DNA of 62,000 nt from Lama guanicoe (Eukaryota), in contig MU053216.1 in NCBI GenBank assembly GCA_013239625.1, positions 1,700,943-1,762,942 on the forward strand. Direction: 5' to 3'. Of this stretch, positions 1 to 13,287 are shown one piece after another (within the stretch, counting starts at the first letter, position 1; each line of letters begins with the position of its first letter). The position numbers and the translations under genes were made by a program. The notes below the pieces were generated by a model. The model had not been told where the DNA came from. It was given only the letters and a program-made list of their open reading frames with translations, and did not search any database.

Positions 1-1034
1 AAGTGTATTGGCCAAAATGAAAGCCCACGGCCAGCCCGGACCTTCCTGCCTTCGAGGAGTAACACTGAGTTCTTGACAACATGAAGCCTGTGCCTCAGGC
101 CGCCCGAGCGGTTAGCTGGGCTGAAATGCACCGTGCAAGATAAGCCTTGTAAATACAGCATGGTTTATGTTGAAATAGGTACCTCTTGGGAAATGTAGGT
201 AAACAGCCAGAGAAAAATGTAATGATTTGGACCCTATACGCCAAAGGGGAAAACTTGCTCCCTGTGTTTTTGAGTGATGGGCAGAGGTGGTGAGTCATGG
301 GAAGGAGGCCAAGGAGATCTGAGAATACAGAAGAAATGGAATAGGTTTTGAAGAGAAACAGGGACCATAAAACTTACTTGAGTACTGACAGGGGCCCTGG
401 AGGGTTCAGGTGATGCGGAGGGTTTAGGGGGATCTGTGACTGAGAAGCTCAGCCCTTGTTTTGTCATCTTCCAGGTCAGGTTCTTTTGGTACTTTAGTTT
501 GGTGTGAACTTTGGTCCTGTTGTGGAACAATTAATAAATAACTCAGCAGACGACTGTGGTGAACTTCTGTTTACATTCCCAATCTAGAAAAAGGATGGCT
601 AATCTTTGTGTCTATATATCTTTCCTTTAGTAACTTGGAATCACAGCTTCCATTGGTTGGTGGGAATTTTAACTTTCTTACCAAAACAGCTGTAGGCAAA
701 ATTATTGTTACATGTGATTGAGTGAATATGCACAGAATTTAGGAATTGAGACAAAAGCTCTGAGTCTAGGTATCTGACTTGTCAAAAAGAGAAAAAAGAA
801 ATTTCCCAGTGCAGTATAGAAAGGCATCCTTTGTTATGACAAAGGAAAAGTTATTGCAAAAAGTTGGAAGCTTCCTAATTAATAATTTTTAAGTTTTGCT
901 TTGCAGAATGTTTAATTTTAACTTGTGACTGGCTCATCTGTTCATTCTAGTTTAAATAAGAATCATATTTTATAAGCATTATCTATCCACAAACTTAAAA
1001 GTTTTAGTTGAGGGCTAAAGTTTTAAATCTCGAT

Positions 1035-1211
1035 CTGGGGGATACAGGTTTTTAAGTCTGAAATTTTTAAGGGTGGATTGCCCAACTGACAAGACCAGCA
1101 ATGGAACCATTTTATGTTTGGTTGCGCATAAACCAGGCTCTTCTACCAGGAAGCCAAGTGCAAACATTTGAAAGAGAGTTCCTTTTTGGACATTAATGAG
1201 AGCTGTAAATC
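1035..1211. repeat. Copy 1 of a ~170-bp local direct duplication (partner 1905-2104)
   Basis: GGGATACAGGTTTTTAAGTCTGAAA...GTGCAAACATTTGAAAGAGAGTTCCTTTTTGGA is shared with 1905-2104; about a dozen substitutions plus indels by eye. Confidence 0.95.
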
Positions 1212-1904
1212 AGTGTCATTACGGGTCTCCGGGGTGGACAGCCGTGACCTTGGTCCATGGGACTGGGAGAGTCCTTTCTGAGGCTTCTGCTTAGTGGCCC
1301 AGAAAACAAATGCCTCCTGGCCACTAGGAAGCAGACTGAGGTGAGACCTGGAGTTTTCATGTGGCAAATGGATGAGGATGTTTGCATTTAATAGACCCGG
1401 TATGTGTATCTCCCTCAGTCAGAAGCACCGCAGAAAAGACCCCGCGAGGCCCACGGAGCTGCACAGAGGCCTCGAAACACGCGAACGCTCGCTCTGGTGC
1501 TGCTGTTCGCTTTTGCTCTAAGGAGCCTTCCAGCAAACGTCTTACTGCCGTGTCAGTGCCGTGAAGGGCTCTGCTGTCTGTGAGGTGCGTTACTGCGGGG
1601 TGTTACTCCTTTAGACCTGGGGGGCAGTCCCACGAAAGTTAAGACAAACGTTTAGCGTTTTGTTTTTGGTTTTTAGATGAAGTCCACTAAGACACCACAT
1701 ATGCCTCCACACTCAGTCACACTCGGAATAGTTAGCTGTGTGTTTTTTTAAATAAGTGTTTATGTTGGTAACTTGCTGATCTCTTAAAGGTTTAGTTTAG
1801 AAAATTTGCAAGAGTAATTACACTCTAACTTTTCAAACTGCTTTATTTTCAGTAAGAGAAAAATTAGGTTATGACTAGATTTAACATGGTTTGTTCAGGA
1901 TTTA

Positions 1905-2104
1905 CTGGGATACAGGTTTTTAAGTCTGAAAGTGACATTTTAGATTAATTTTTAAAGGGTGGATTGCACAATTGACAAGACCAGCAATAGAAGCATTTTA
2001 CGTTTGGTTGCACATAAACCGGGCTCTTCCTACCAGAAAGCCGAGTGCAAACATTTGAAAGAGAGTTCCTTTTTGGAGGTTAGTGAGAGCTGAATGTAAA
2101 AATC
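1905..2104. repeat. Copy 2 of a ~170-bp local direct duplication (partner 1035-1211)
   Basis: Same sequence as 1035-1211 with an extra ~16-17 nt (GTGACATTTTAGATTA) after CTGAAA. Confidence 0.95.
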
Positions 2105-2457
2105 CTATAAATGCTGAGCACAGTGTAACATGTTCAGAACAAAGTGTTAGAGCTGTGGTGACAGGTTCGTCTCTGGAAGGCAAGGAGGCACCTCTGCGGG
2201 AAGGCAAGAGGGGACGGCGGCTCAGGGGATGGCACCGATGGACGTGTGTACCGTGCTCCTGGGTTTGCAGGTTTTCAGGGCCCGGAGGAGCTGCGCCTGG
2301 AGGACTGGCACGCTGCTGGTGGTCCCTGTGGGTTACTCTGGGGACGCCTAGGCGTGTGTTGTGAAGGCAGAATTAAAATGTGGTTTGGTGAGATTTCTAG
2401 AGAAGACTGGTAGAATGAATAAAAATCACAGTTTCTCATTTTGTTCACTCAGATTTT

Positions 2458-2572
2458 GGGGAGGGTAATTAGGTTTACTTACTCGTTTTTAGAGGAGGCA
2501 CTGGGGGCTGAACCCACAACCTCGTCATGCATGCTAAGCACACACTCTACCACTTGAGCTACGCCCTCCCCC
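2458..2572 (-). mobile_element. Camelid vic-1-like tRNA-Ala-derived SINE
   Basis: Reverse-complement tRNA-Ala head plus GGTAATTAGGTTT tail module; 16-bp TSD TGT(T/C)CACTCAGATTTT at 2442-2457 and 2573-2588. Confidence 0.95.
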
Positions 2573-4754
2573 TGTCCACTCAGATTTTATTAAACCTCTA
2601 AAACAAGCTGATACTTGGCAGGAAGAGAGGAGGACCACTGGTGAGCGACACGGGTGCTCGCACCGGCGTGCTAGTGCAGACGCCTGTGAAACGGAGACTA
2701 GGCTGTATGTGCGCTGCATGATTTGGTGAGAAATGGCCGCTCTGGAATCTGTCCAGTCATTCACCCAGCTGAACCAGTACTCCGTCTGGAACTAACACGC
2801 AAAAAAATTTTGAACCCTCTGAAAGTACTGTTTGTTAAAAGTGTTCGGTACTGAAATACCAGCCAGGATTCTGGCAGCTGAACGTGAGAGCAGAAGTTAA
2901 AAATATTTGTAGAATTGCCTTTCATGATTCAGTTAGTGGTTCTGTTTATAAGCCAGGTATAAATAATTGTTTAAAAGATCGAATGTATTCTCCCCACCTC
3001 CTTCCTCCCATGTACTCGCCTTGTAATAAAACATTGAGAACACAAATGACTGGGGCTGAATATACCAAAAGAAAGAATGTATTTTCTCGTGGAATACTGG
3101 CAAGAGCAGGTGGGGGCGTTGCTCAGCGACACGTAGAATGAATGTGTGTTAGAGCTGTTCCGATTGTGAGGAGAGGGGGAGACCGGCCCAGAACTAGCAG
3201 CAACCACTGCCCGACCCTGACCTGACTTGGGCTTTGAAAGAGTTCGTTTCTGATAAACACACCTAGAACATTTGAGCTTCACAGGACAGCTGTTATTTTT
3301 AAATTCTTTCTTCACATATGGTTGGTTTCTCCCTGTGTTTCAGCAACAGCCGCCCCAGACCCTTCGGGGGGCTTCAGGTGCTGGGCGACACCCTTACAGG
3401 CGTCTAGTAAAACGTGGGTCAAAGATCTTTTTCTGAAGAAAACAGTTTTCACCTGGTGGAACTGCAGTGCGTTTCAAGGAGTGTCTGTTGGAAGGGGAGA
3501 AATAAACACTTGGAAGATACCGAGGACCGTGTGAAATGAATTATCCTTTTAAAATGGTCCCTAGAGTACATTTGATTAGAACAGAGCAGAGCAATCATAA
3601 ACTTAGTTTTCACTTTGGAAATGGATGTCTTAAAAATCCTGTGGCTCCCTTCTGCCATTTTTTTCTATGAAACTATTAGGTTAGCTGAAACTTACTAACT
3701 TATTAATTTATAAATAATCTAAGTTTTAGTCATTTTTTTCCTTTTATAAACACAGCATCACTTGGTTCTAGATAAGGAATAGATAAGAAGACGTTTTGAT
3801 AATTTCACTTTCCTGATTTGATTTTAAAGTTGCTTTTTGTAATAAAACTAAATTGAGCATTTTACTGTTACCAGAGGCTCTCAAAAGGAAACAGAATTTT
3901 TTAAGTTGGGAATGGTGGTGGTCAGTGCTCCTCTCGATTTTGCTCCCAGTTACACTACTATCCACGCTGAGAGCTGGGGGGACAACGGCCTGCCCTTGAA
4001 CCTGGGATGCCCCCTCCTCCACTCAGCTGCCTGTGACGCTCGTCGCCTGCTAACCTCAGAGCTGCTTTATTCGGTCTAGACAGCGATTTCTGATCTGTTA
4101 CTGACGTCAGAGCTACCAGTCATCACGTCTTGTGTTTACTGCTCACGTGGCAATCAGCATTTTCAGTACTAAACATTTCCAGCGAGACCCCGTCAGATAC
4201 AGATGATCGCTGCCTTAGGGGGAGATGCCGTGTAGACAAGAGAGTCCCCCTGGGGTCCCTCACTCCAGGAGGCCTTCCCTGCAGCTCAGCTTGAGAAGCG
4301 GAGGGCAGGCAGCACAGGGAGCGTGTCCTTGTTGCCGGCTGTAACTCACCTGGGGAGTCTCCGTGGCCCTGAATCTCGTCTCGGCGGGGTCGTTTCAGGT
4401 CCTGCCCGCACGCACGCAGCAAGGGCGTCGCCGGGGAGCAGGTGAGCCCGCGGAGTCTCGGCCGCACGCTCGGCTGCTGACCAGAGAACGCGTGTGGGCA
4501 GCCCCTCCGGGTGCGTCCCCAGCAGTGTGTCCCGCCTCCTCCTCCGCTTCCCTTTCTCTGATCAGGGAATCGAAATCTACCCGATTCCCAGAGGCCCTTA
4601 ATTCAAATTTCGCTGGCTACGTTTTGGGGGTTTTTCTCCTCTGTTCGCTTGTTGTCGTCGCTGAAGTCTGACTGGCATGTGATGCCATGTTGGCTTTGTG
4701 TCGGCGTGGTGACTTGACGTGGATGTTGCAGAATGACCACCACAGTGAGTTTAC

Positions 4755-4824
4755 CTGCTATACAAGCCGTCATCCTGACAACCGCTGGTTTACTTTTTAA
4801 AAAATCAATCCACTGAGCAAGTAT
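4755..4824 (-). other. Candidate 70-bp minus-strand exon (unverified, probably non-coding)
   Basis: Minus strand reads ctttgttttgttctctcttcacctctctcacccag|ATAC...ATAGCAG|gtaaac. Strong polypyrimidine acceptor and a GT donor. The only open frame, ILAQWIDFLKSKPAVVRMTACIA, is not recognised. Confidence 0.25.
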
Positions 4825-7800
4825 CTGGGTGAGAGAGGTGAAGAGAGAACAAAACAAAGTCCTTAAATTCTAGTTGGGGAGCTGGGTGAACAAATGCATC
4901 GTAGGTTATGGGGCAGAATAAGTGCCAGGAGGGACAGCGAAGGCACCAGAGAGAGACTGAGGTGTGTGCTTTTCAGAGAGGGGTCCTGGGATGGGGGACA
5001 CTGGAACAAAGACCCAAGGGAGGCGGGGAGTGAGTATGGGGAAGGGGTCTTCGGAGGTTGATATCCAGCCATGAGTATAAGAAAAATCACTGGTGATAAT
5101 CACACTTGTGTGTCGTGGTCCACACATCCCTGTGCGCCCTAGGTGGGCGTGTGTTCACACTGCTGGTGAGAACAGTGACGGGGGGGACCTGCTCTCTCCT
5201 AAGGTTATGCCTGGGCTGGAAGGGCTGGAGCCCTCCGTGGTGTTTGAGCTCTGCCGTCCTGCCACGCCTGCCGTCCTCAGCCGCCTCCCGGCCTCACGGG
5301 AAGGTCCGGACGAAAGGCTTTACAGTTAGGCCTAATTTAGAACTTTGGCTCCACACTGAACAGGAGTGGAGTTACTTCATCTCCCTGCACCTGAGCCTGC
5401 TCTTGGGCGAAGGGTGCCTGCAGCACCGCCGCAGGGCCGGGCTCGCCCCAAGCTCTGAGGCCGGCGGCCACCACTAGTTAGCTCGGCCTGTAGCCCTGCC
5501 CGGCGCGCCGTGGACTTTAGCAGGCCTGTGGGGTACACACGCCCCAGGAGAGATGGAAACGTCTGTGGTTCTCGGCCGGGAGCACGCTGCCCTCCAGGGA
5601 ACGACAGGCAGCGTCTGGAGGCAGTTTCGGTGGCCGCAACCCGGAGCCAGGCCGTGAGCCGCTGGCATCTCGTGGGAGGAGGCCAGGGATGCTGCTGAAA
5701 ACGCTGCGGTGCCCAGGATGCCCCGCGGCCTGGGCTCCCCGGCCCGGACTGCCTGCTCTGTGCTCTAGCAGGTGTGCCACTATCGGGTGACTTGGGAACA
5801 GATGGCGAAATCCTTGGATCACCTGACCAATGGCTATTTGAGGGATGAATACAGGGCTCAGTGTGACTAAAGACGGGGCAGTTTTTAGCAAGACGCTTTC
5901 CTAGAGAACCTTGGATCTGCCTGTTTCAATGATTTCATTTTAAAGCTTGTTTCAAAGCCAGTTACTCTTTTATTTCTGATCATTGTTTTACCTGACGATG
6001 ATATTCGTTAATTGAAGGGACTTACTACCTCTTAAATTTTAAATGAAAATCACCAATGGAGCATTGGGAGCAGCTGTAGGCTCGGGGCAAAGCCTGCTGG
6101 TTCTGGCGCAGTCTGGGTAACTTTTGGCTCGCTGTGGTGAGAGATCTGGGATTAGTATGTGGTGTTTAGAGTTTGCCGTCAGCCTGATTTCTTTAGTGAG
6201 GATGAATCTATTTGCAGTTGACTAAAACTCCTTATTTCTATTAACCTCATGTTTACCTTTAAAACATTAAAACATAAATTAGTTAAGGAAGAGATAGCTA
6301 ATCCGTCTTTTACTCCGAGACTCTCTTTCTTTAACAAAGAAATGTCCCTTAAAGACAAGCCTCCTTCTGTGTGCAGCACCTGAGTGCTGCCTCTCCTCGG
6401 CTGCCCTGCGCGGAGCCGGGGGAGGCCCGCCGTCTGACGGGGTAGGAGGAGTGGTTTCCCTGTGCCCTGAAACTCTGGCCCGTCGGCCGGGACGTCTGAC
6501 TTCGGAGCTGCGTCAGCCCGAGCAGCGTGATTGCCGCGTGCTCTGTAACGGGGCCGCGTGGGCCAGCGTACCACGCACACAGCCCGAAGGACACAGGTGG
6601 CCGACGAGGTTGCGCTGACTTCTGTGCGTCGGGTGTGGTCATTTGTTCAGCATCTGCTTCGTGCAAAAGGTCCGGCCTACCTTGCCTCACTTAGTAGAAA
6701 GCGAGACAATAACCATCTCACTTCAGACGTGAACAGACTGGGTCAGGACACTTCCACCAGAGAAACCCCGGGAGTGGGGGGGGCAGGGAGGCCAACGCAG
6801 GCGCAGCCAGGCCCTGCACACCTTCCGCGGCGCTCACTGCCCAGCCTGGCCCCGGGCCCTGGGCCCTGGGCCTCGGGACCAAGGACAGGAGGAGCTGGAG
6901 CTGGTGGGTCCCTGCAGCCGCACCTGGCTCCGGGCCTCGGGCTGCTGCCTCCCGGGTCCCAGCCCTTCTGTGCCAGTCCTCGTGGGAGCAGGACGTCGCT
7001 CCGTGGCCTTAGGTAAGTGAGGGTGAGCGGCAGAACTGGGCCCGCTGGGCGGGCAGCGGGGAGGGGTGTGTACCTGACCCGCTCTTTTCTGCAGACTCTC
7101 CCCGCGTCCTTCCTGTGATTCCCCAGGCAGGCGGTGCTGCCGCCGCCGGGCTCAGCCGCGTGTTTGCAGTTGTCAGTGTCTACTGAGTACAGTGCTAATA
7201 TTTGCAATCTGCACACTGGCCAGGTTGGTTTTTTTGAGGAAAGTAAAGTTTATAACATGAAAAAGTAGATTATTTTCTGTCTCGGTGAAGTTCAGATTAT
7301 TTTTGTAGTTTCCACTGGCATGATGAATACGAAGGAAATTCAGTATAAATATTACCACCTTCCTCATTTTGTTTCCCCAAAATGTACATAGATACACTTG
7401 CCTCTTCTTGTTATCTTAATAACAGCTCTCTTGTGAAATAAATGTTAATATTTAGATAAGAAGAAATACAGTTTTATCAGGAATAGGAATTGTGTAATGA
7501 TGTCAGGGTTGCTCATCTACCACACAGTTTGATTTATTTTGTTTTCAGAATAACTAATTTTAGACAAAAAATTGAAAATGCTATATTCAAGAGTAAAAAC
7601 TCCAGTGTTTATATATATTAACTATGTTTTTTGAATTCTAGTCTGTTGAGGAATCTTTCCTGAAGCTGTGTAATACAGGGCTTGCTTAGAGGGTGAACTG
7701 AGAGACTGAGGGTAATTTGAGGATATTTTGGAAATTTTTTAGAACAAAAGTGCCACTTAGTTTCCTACTGTTTGTTTATCCGATAACTGTTTTTTTCCTG

Positions 7801-8289
7801 GGATTTCTCATTGTTTACCAGCTAGCCCATTTAATCTTTCCCAAAAGCCAGGTGGAAAGGAAAATGGAATTTGTTGCGTGTTATTTGGGATGACTTCGAC
7901 ATTCTGAGTCCATGAACGTCAAGCATAAGACACACAATTCAGGAAGCTATAGACACTTCTAAATGCAAACCAGTGTTTTGTTATCACCTCATCAATAAGA
8001 TACAGCTCAAACTTTTTATTTTTTAAGGATTTAACTTGACTACTACACTTTGCAACTTTTAGCAAAACAAATTGCCCGAGAAGCCTGTGTAAGAACAGTA
8101 ATAGTATCACAGTTACACGTCACAGGTCTGCCTCACTGTTGAGACTTCGCATCGTAACACACTCACATACACCAGTCAGTCTTTTGTAGCAGATTTAATG
8201 CCATAAGCTTTTAAAAAGGTGATTTTCAGTATTAGCTGTTTAAATACAAATTTGCCAGAAAGGACTAAAATACGTCCACGCTGCAGGTG

Positions 8290-9020
8290 TGCTTTCCTGC
8301 CGCGCGGACCCTAACGGCAGCCGGGCGTGCTGCAGGCTTGCGCCGCTGGCCTCCGAGGGGGTGAGAAGAGCGGGGGGTGTGGCAGCGGTCCCCCTGGGGC
8401 AGACGTAAGCCGACTTATGTCGCCTTCCTAGGGGGACAGTGTTTCCTTTACATACAGAGGGTAACAGACGGGGCGAGTTTGGTGAAAGGCCTCCGGTTAC
8501 GAGTTCACTTTTCAGCTCAAAATCCCTCCACTCTTAGTTTCAGTTCTTAAATACGCTCTCTCTCCATCGCAGTGTTTCTCGCACTCCAGGCACCGCTAGC
8601 TGCTGACAGTTAAGAATCAGACGTGGTCCCTCCTCTTGAGCTTGGTTGAAGCCTGGTGACAGAGAAGGGCCGTCGCAGGGTCTAATGGGCGGGCGGCGTA
8701 AGGATGCTGCCGGTGTGTGGTGGCTGTGGGCAGGAGTGGACCCCGGGGCTGCGGGGCCGGACAGGCGGCCTGAGCGCAGGCAGGAGGGGCGCAAGGCTGG
8801 GGGTGGCCGGGACGCCGGGGCGCCGCAGCAGGTGGCACCGGCTGGACGGGTGTGGGTTTGCTGGCAGCAGGCGGGACAGCAGGGGGAGGTGTGGACAGAG
8901 GGGGCAGGATGGGGAAAGGAAAGAGCCCTGGGGGTCGGAAAGCCACGGTGGCGGAGTCCACACGACTGCAGTTTGCTCCCCAGACGGGGTGGGCCCGGGC
9001 GCAGCTGTGGGAGGAGACGG
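8290..9020. promoter_or_regulatory. CpG-rich, G-rich patch (possible regulatory element or gBGC scar)
   Basis: Dense CpG and G-runs next to AT-rich 7200-8260; CTCF/E-box-like GCAGCAGGTGGCAC near 8825. No start site can be demonstrated. Confidence 0.35.
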
Positions 9021-11350
9021 GGTTGGACTGGCGCCCAGCAGAGTTGGAGGCAGGGTGGTCCCAAACTGAGGGGCAGGGACGGGTGGCTGGGCCCTGGATC
9101 TGGAAGATTTCCAGAAAGACAGCAGGATTTGGGGAGCAGAGGAGCTGCTTCCAAAGCGCTCCTCCTGGGAAGGGGTAGGTAGGAGGTGAGCAGGTGTTAG
9201 CCGGGGTGGGTATTTAACCAAATGCTGTGAGGCCCCAAAACAGTTTTGCAGGGGGATACTTTCAGAAGTTTTGAGTGGATTAGGGAGGACATGGACCCCG
9301 CCCCGCTCCAAACCCTTGTCCGTGTTAATTCTCCCCTTTCCAGTCGATGGACAGACTCCACTGACCGACCTCCAGGACCGGTCCTCAGTCCGCCGCACCG
9401 CCCAGGCTCAGCCACCCTAGTCCCTGGGTCAGCCTGTTTTACCTTCCTTACTCTTCTCCCTGTTTTCATTTTTGCCACCATCCAGTCCACTTCCTCTGGA
9501 ATTACTCAGAGCCTCACTCCCCTGTTGCTCTTGGAATAAAATCCAGACTTCCCGTGAGACCCCGCCCAGCCCGGTCAGCTCTCTCGGGTCCTGTCTCTGC
9601 AGCAGGCAAGCCTGGGGCCGCCTGGGACCGGCGGCGTCTCCATCACTGGTCACCGGGCTTCCACGCGGCCAGGCACTGGGAAGGGTCTCAGAACAGCCTG
9701 CCCTGGAGAGGGCTGCGTGGAGGGAGGTCTCGGTGAGTGCCAGGAGGCTGTGGTTAGTCGTGGGTCCCAGAGTTTACAAGGAAGGCTTTCAGCGGAGGAG
9801 AGGAGTAGGGCGAGGCGGGGGCAGCCCAGAGGACCGGGGGTTTGTGGCAGTAACAGGCTGTGTAATTATGGTGTCGCGGGGAAACCAAGTGTTAGGAAAC
9901 AGACCGGGACTGGATGTGGCCAAGCTGCCGACACCTCACTGGTTTCAGGCAACTCAGACCTTGGGAAGCTTTAGGGGTTGCTCTTGGGCGTAACTACAGA
10001 GTCCTTCTGCCCCACTTTATTTTTTCATGCTTTCCAGGAACTCTTGACTTAGGGATTTGCCTTTTGCTCACGGGTGGGGAAGAGCAGTTTCTTGCTGGTT
10101 TCACTGTTTCTCCGTGACGCCAGGATAGAAGCTTTCAAACCTCTCTGGTGACCCCACAGTCAGAGACGCGTTTACATCACCTGTGATACAAATCATATAA
10201 TAGATACAAAGCTTTCACACAAAATCTCTTTGTTATTGCCCTCTGATATATTTTATTCGATTCCATTTTAAAGGGCTGGAGGGGACCCACTAAAAACCAA
10301 TCTATAACTTGAAAAGCGCCGCTGGAAAAGATGGAGAGCTTCCCTTCCCTGAGCGTCCGCCTTGGTCTCGACTCCTTTAGGGAGAAGGAGGGAGAGACGG
10401 CGAGGGAGGAAGACGGGCTTCCGTTTGTGGCTCTAGGTTGTACAGCAGTGTTTGGAGCAGGTTCTGAGTATTTCTGAGTGAGTAAGCAATTCAAAAGGCC
10501 CCATCCCCGTCCTTTCCCTTCTGCCCTGTTTCCATGCGTCCATTGCACCAGGTGGTGAAGTGGAGACTCGGTGCCTGATTCTTTCCCTGTATCCACCTTC
10601 CATCACTGTAACTGCCGGTTTTCGAGGGAAACAGCCCTTGCTGCCACACATGCCGGAGGCAGGCTTTTGATTGCAAAGTTACTGTGCTGTTAAGCTCCCA
10701 TAAGTTATCCTACAGAAAGGCAAGTTTTAAACACTTTCACAAACTCTAGAAATTACGGGGCAACATTTAGAAGCAAACATACTTTAAGTTAATAGTCCTC
10801 TAGATGCACAATGTCCGTTAACCGTATGAGCCAAGATGCGGAAGATAAAACTCCAGTGTCTAAAGAGGACTTGGTAGCATTTTTACTTTACTCGAAGAAA
10901 TGAAGCTCAATGACTGCATATACTTTGCTGTTTCTTTTGGGTTTTTCTGATAATCAAGAGTTTATTGCTAAGCAGTTGGAAAAGACGTCCAACACTTGGA
11001 AAACCATTTCATCAACATTTGGTCCTATTTCCTTTCAGCTTTTCCTGTGCACATGTCATTTCTGTCCTTTTTATTATTCTTTTTGTGCAGTTTTCAAAAT
11101 CTAGTTTGTTGCTTCCCTGATAACTGGTTGTTACTAATCTTTCGCTGTTCAGGGGACGACATGCATAAAGCTCTGAGTGCTTCTGTGAGCAATTCTTCAT
11201 ACTCTGATTATTTTGGTCTGGGGAAGTCTGCAAGTAGAGTTTAGGTGAAGGAGTTTGGAGGATCTCAAGGCTTTGACTCTGCCGAACGCACCTCCAGAAG
11301 TGTGCGCCGGGGGCTCAGTCACCGGCCGCGTCTGCAGGTGCCGGGGTCAC

Positions 11351-11382
11351 GCTCACTCTTGCCAGCTCACTCTTGCCAGCTC
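11351..11382. repeat. 14-bp tandem duplication
   Basis: GCTCACTCTTGCCA twice, followed by GCTC. Confidence 0.9.
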
Positions 11383-11669
11383 CTTTCTAGGAGAGGCTGC
11401 CATTTTGATAGAGGGCAAATGCAGTCATTTGAATTTGCATTTTTATGATTATATTGAAGGTAGGTGTCTTAATGTTTAGTGGTCATTTTTCTTTTGTTGA
11501 CTGATACTGCCTGCGTTTTGATTTAAGACATCATCTAAGTTACACATACCGCTAAGGGGACGTTGCTTTGAGATGGGCTAAACTTTCATATTCGGCTAGT
11601 TGGTAGTTTAAATTAGTGCAGCTTTGCTGGAGGCCAGTTTTTATCCAAAACCGTAAAATATTCACAGAA

Positions 11670-11950
11670 CATTGAAGCCACCAGTTGCGATTCCAGGGAC
11701 ATTGTCTGTGGGATGCTGTGGGCTGTGTACCAAGGTGGACAGACGTGTTCATCCCAGCACTGCTTATAGCCGTGAAAAATGGAGACACGCTACGTGTCCA
11801 GACAAGCTGACTGACCCGTTCTCCTACTAAAGTGCAGGCATTAAAAGTGGTCTTATGAAAATGAAGAGGTGCTCAACATTGATCTGGTTAAAACAAGAAC
11901 GTGTGAAATACAGCACAGGACGACTCCTCTCTTCATAGGAATGAACGCGC
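11670..11950 (+). mobile_element. Old degraded L1M (L1ME-like) fragment
   Basis: GACGTGTTCATCCCAGCACTGCTTATAGCCGTGAAAAATGGAGACACGCTACGTGTCCA resembles the L1 motif ATGTTCATAGCAGCATTATTTATAATAGCCAAAAACTGGAAACAACCCAAATGTCCA. Confidence 0.5.
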
Positions 11951-12144
11951 AGGGCAGAGTCTGGAAGGGCTGGCAGCGTGCTGTGTCTGGGCGGTGGGAT
12001 TTCGCGCGGTGTTTCCCTGGTTGCTTATATTCTGACGTATCTGCCAGGATACATGTGTGTGTGACAGTCGAAGATCTGCAAAAGAACAGCAAAAATGAGA
12101 TGGCCTGAACTTCATGAAGTGTCAGTGTTATCGGAAACAAACCC

Positions 12145-12314
12145 TTTTTTTAAAATCAATTTTTAAATTTATTATTTTTTGGTTTTTTGGGTTTTTTTGA
12201 CGGGGGAGGTAATTAGGTTTCTTTCTTTCTTTCTAGAGGAGGTGCTGGGGATTGAACCCAGGACCTTGTGCATGCTAGGCATGCGCTCTGCCACTTGAGC
12301 TATATCCTCCCCCC
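12145..12314 (-). mobile_element. vic-1-like SINE
   Basis: GGGGATTGAACCCAGGACCTTGTGCATGCTAGGCATGCGCTCTGCCACTTGAGCTATATCCTCCCC, tail module and long T-rich tail; imperfect TSD around AACAA..CCTTT. Confidence 0.95.
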
Positions 12315-13150
12315 AAGAACAAGACCTTTATAGCTCTGTAAAGTTATAGAGTATGTTGACTGTATCTAGTTGCTCTAGTTGGAATATTATTACATTCTAA
12401 AATAAGCTAATGTAAAGTGTCTTTAAACTTACTCTCATCACATAATTGGAGTAAATGGAATTTGCTCCATGTCGAGTTCACGTGAAATGGAAATTCACCG
12501 TCACGGTTATCGGCAGACCTTTGTGGACACGCTGCCATGACCGCGCCCACTCCAGCTGGACCAGGAGGCGCTCCGAGGTGCTGCTCTCCCGTGCGGAGGA
12601 GACGTGTCAGCCCGAAGTCCTCAGGCTGTGTTAGTTTCTCTGAACTGCAGGATGGTTCCGTGTTGGGCAGTGAACCTCATGCCTTTTTCCTTCTGAATGG
12701 GGCTGTCTCTCTCACCACAGGAGAGTTAAGGAATGTGACGGAGATTCATTTTAGAGGTAGATGACCTGTGTCTTTGATAGAGGTGCTTACTGTTGCATTC
12801 TGCAGAACTCCTGGCTTTACTCTTGCCCTCAGGGGCGCCTGTTTCCTCTGCACCCTTGTGGCTTTGGATGACCAGCATGTCTGGAATTTTACTCTAGTTT
12901 TTGTCATCGCGGGAGCCGCAGGACCTCACGTGTTTACTTCTGATGCACCTGTGAGCATCCATGCGTTACCTAAAGCCACACCTGAATACTGCACATGTAG
13001 AGAACGACACTGGGCCAAGACAGGTCATCCGGTACTTGGTGGCGTGTGACTGGGACTGGATGGTCTGTGGAACTGGGGAAAGTGTGAAGTTAGCTTCAAT
13101 CCTGAAGACCTCTTTTGTTAGAAACCTTTCTAGGAAATCTCAGTGCACTG

Positions 13151-13287
13151 TCTTATATTTATTAAAAAAGTTTTTTTAGGTGGGGAGGCAATTCGGTTTA
13201 CTTATTTTTAGAGGAGGTGCTGGGGATTGAACCCAGGACCTCGTGCCTGCTAAGCACGCGCTCCACCACTGAGCTCTCCTCTCCCCC
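13151..13287 (-). mobile_element. vic-1-like SINE
   Basis: tRNA-Ala head and tail module; TSD AGTGCACTG at 13142-13150 and 13289-13297. Confidence 0.95.

Noticed and set aside
7318..7400. C/D-box snoRNA (ATGATGA box C; also at ~40875)
   Set aside because: No CTGA box D at a suitable distance and no terminal stem.
8540..9398. Long overlapping ORFs (204, 178 and 238 aa)
   Set aside because: Open in several frames on both strands, with Pro/Gly/Arg/Ala-rich low-information translations typical of GC-rich non-coding DNA. No recognisable domain.
11151..11244. Plus-strand exon candidates here and at ~14962, ~30329, ~44309 and ~58764
   Set aside because: Plausible acceptors, but the translations are unrecognisable or stop quickly and do not chain into a gene model.
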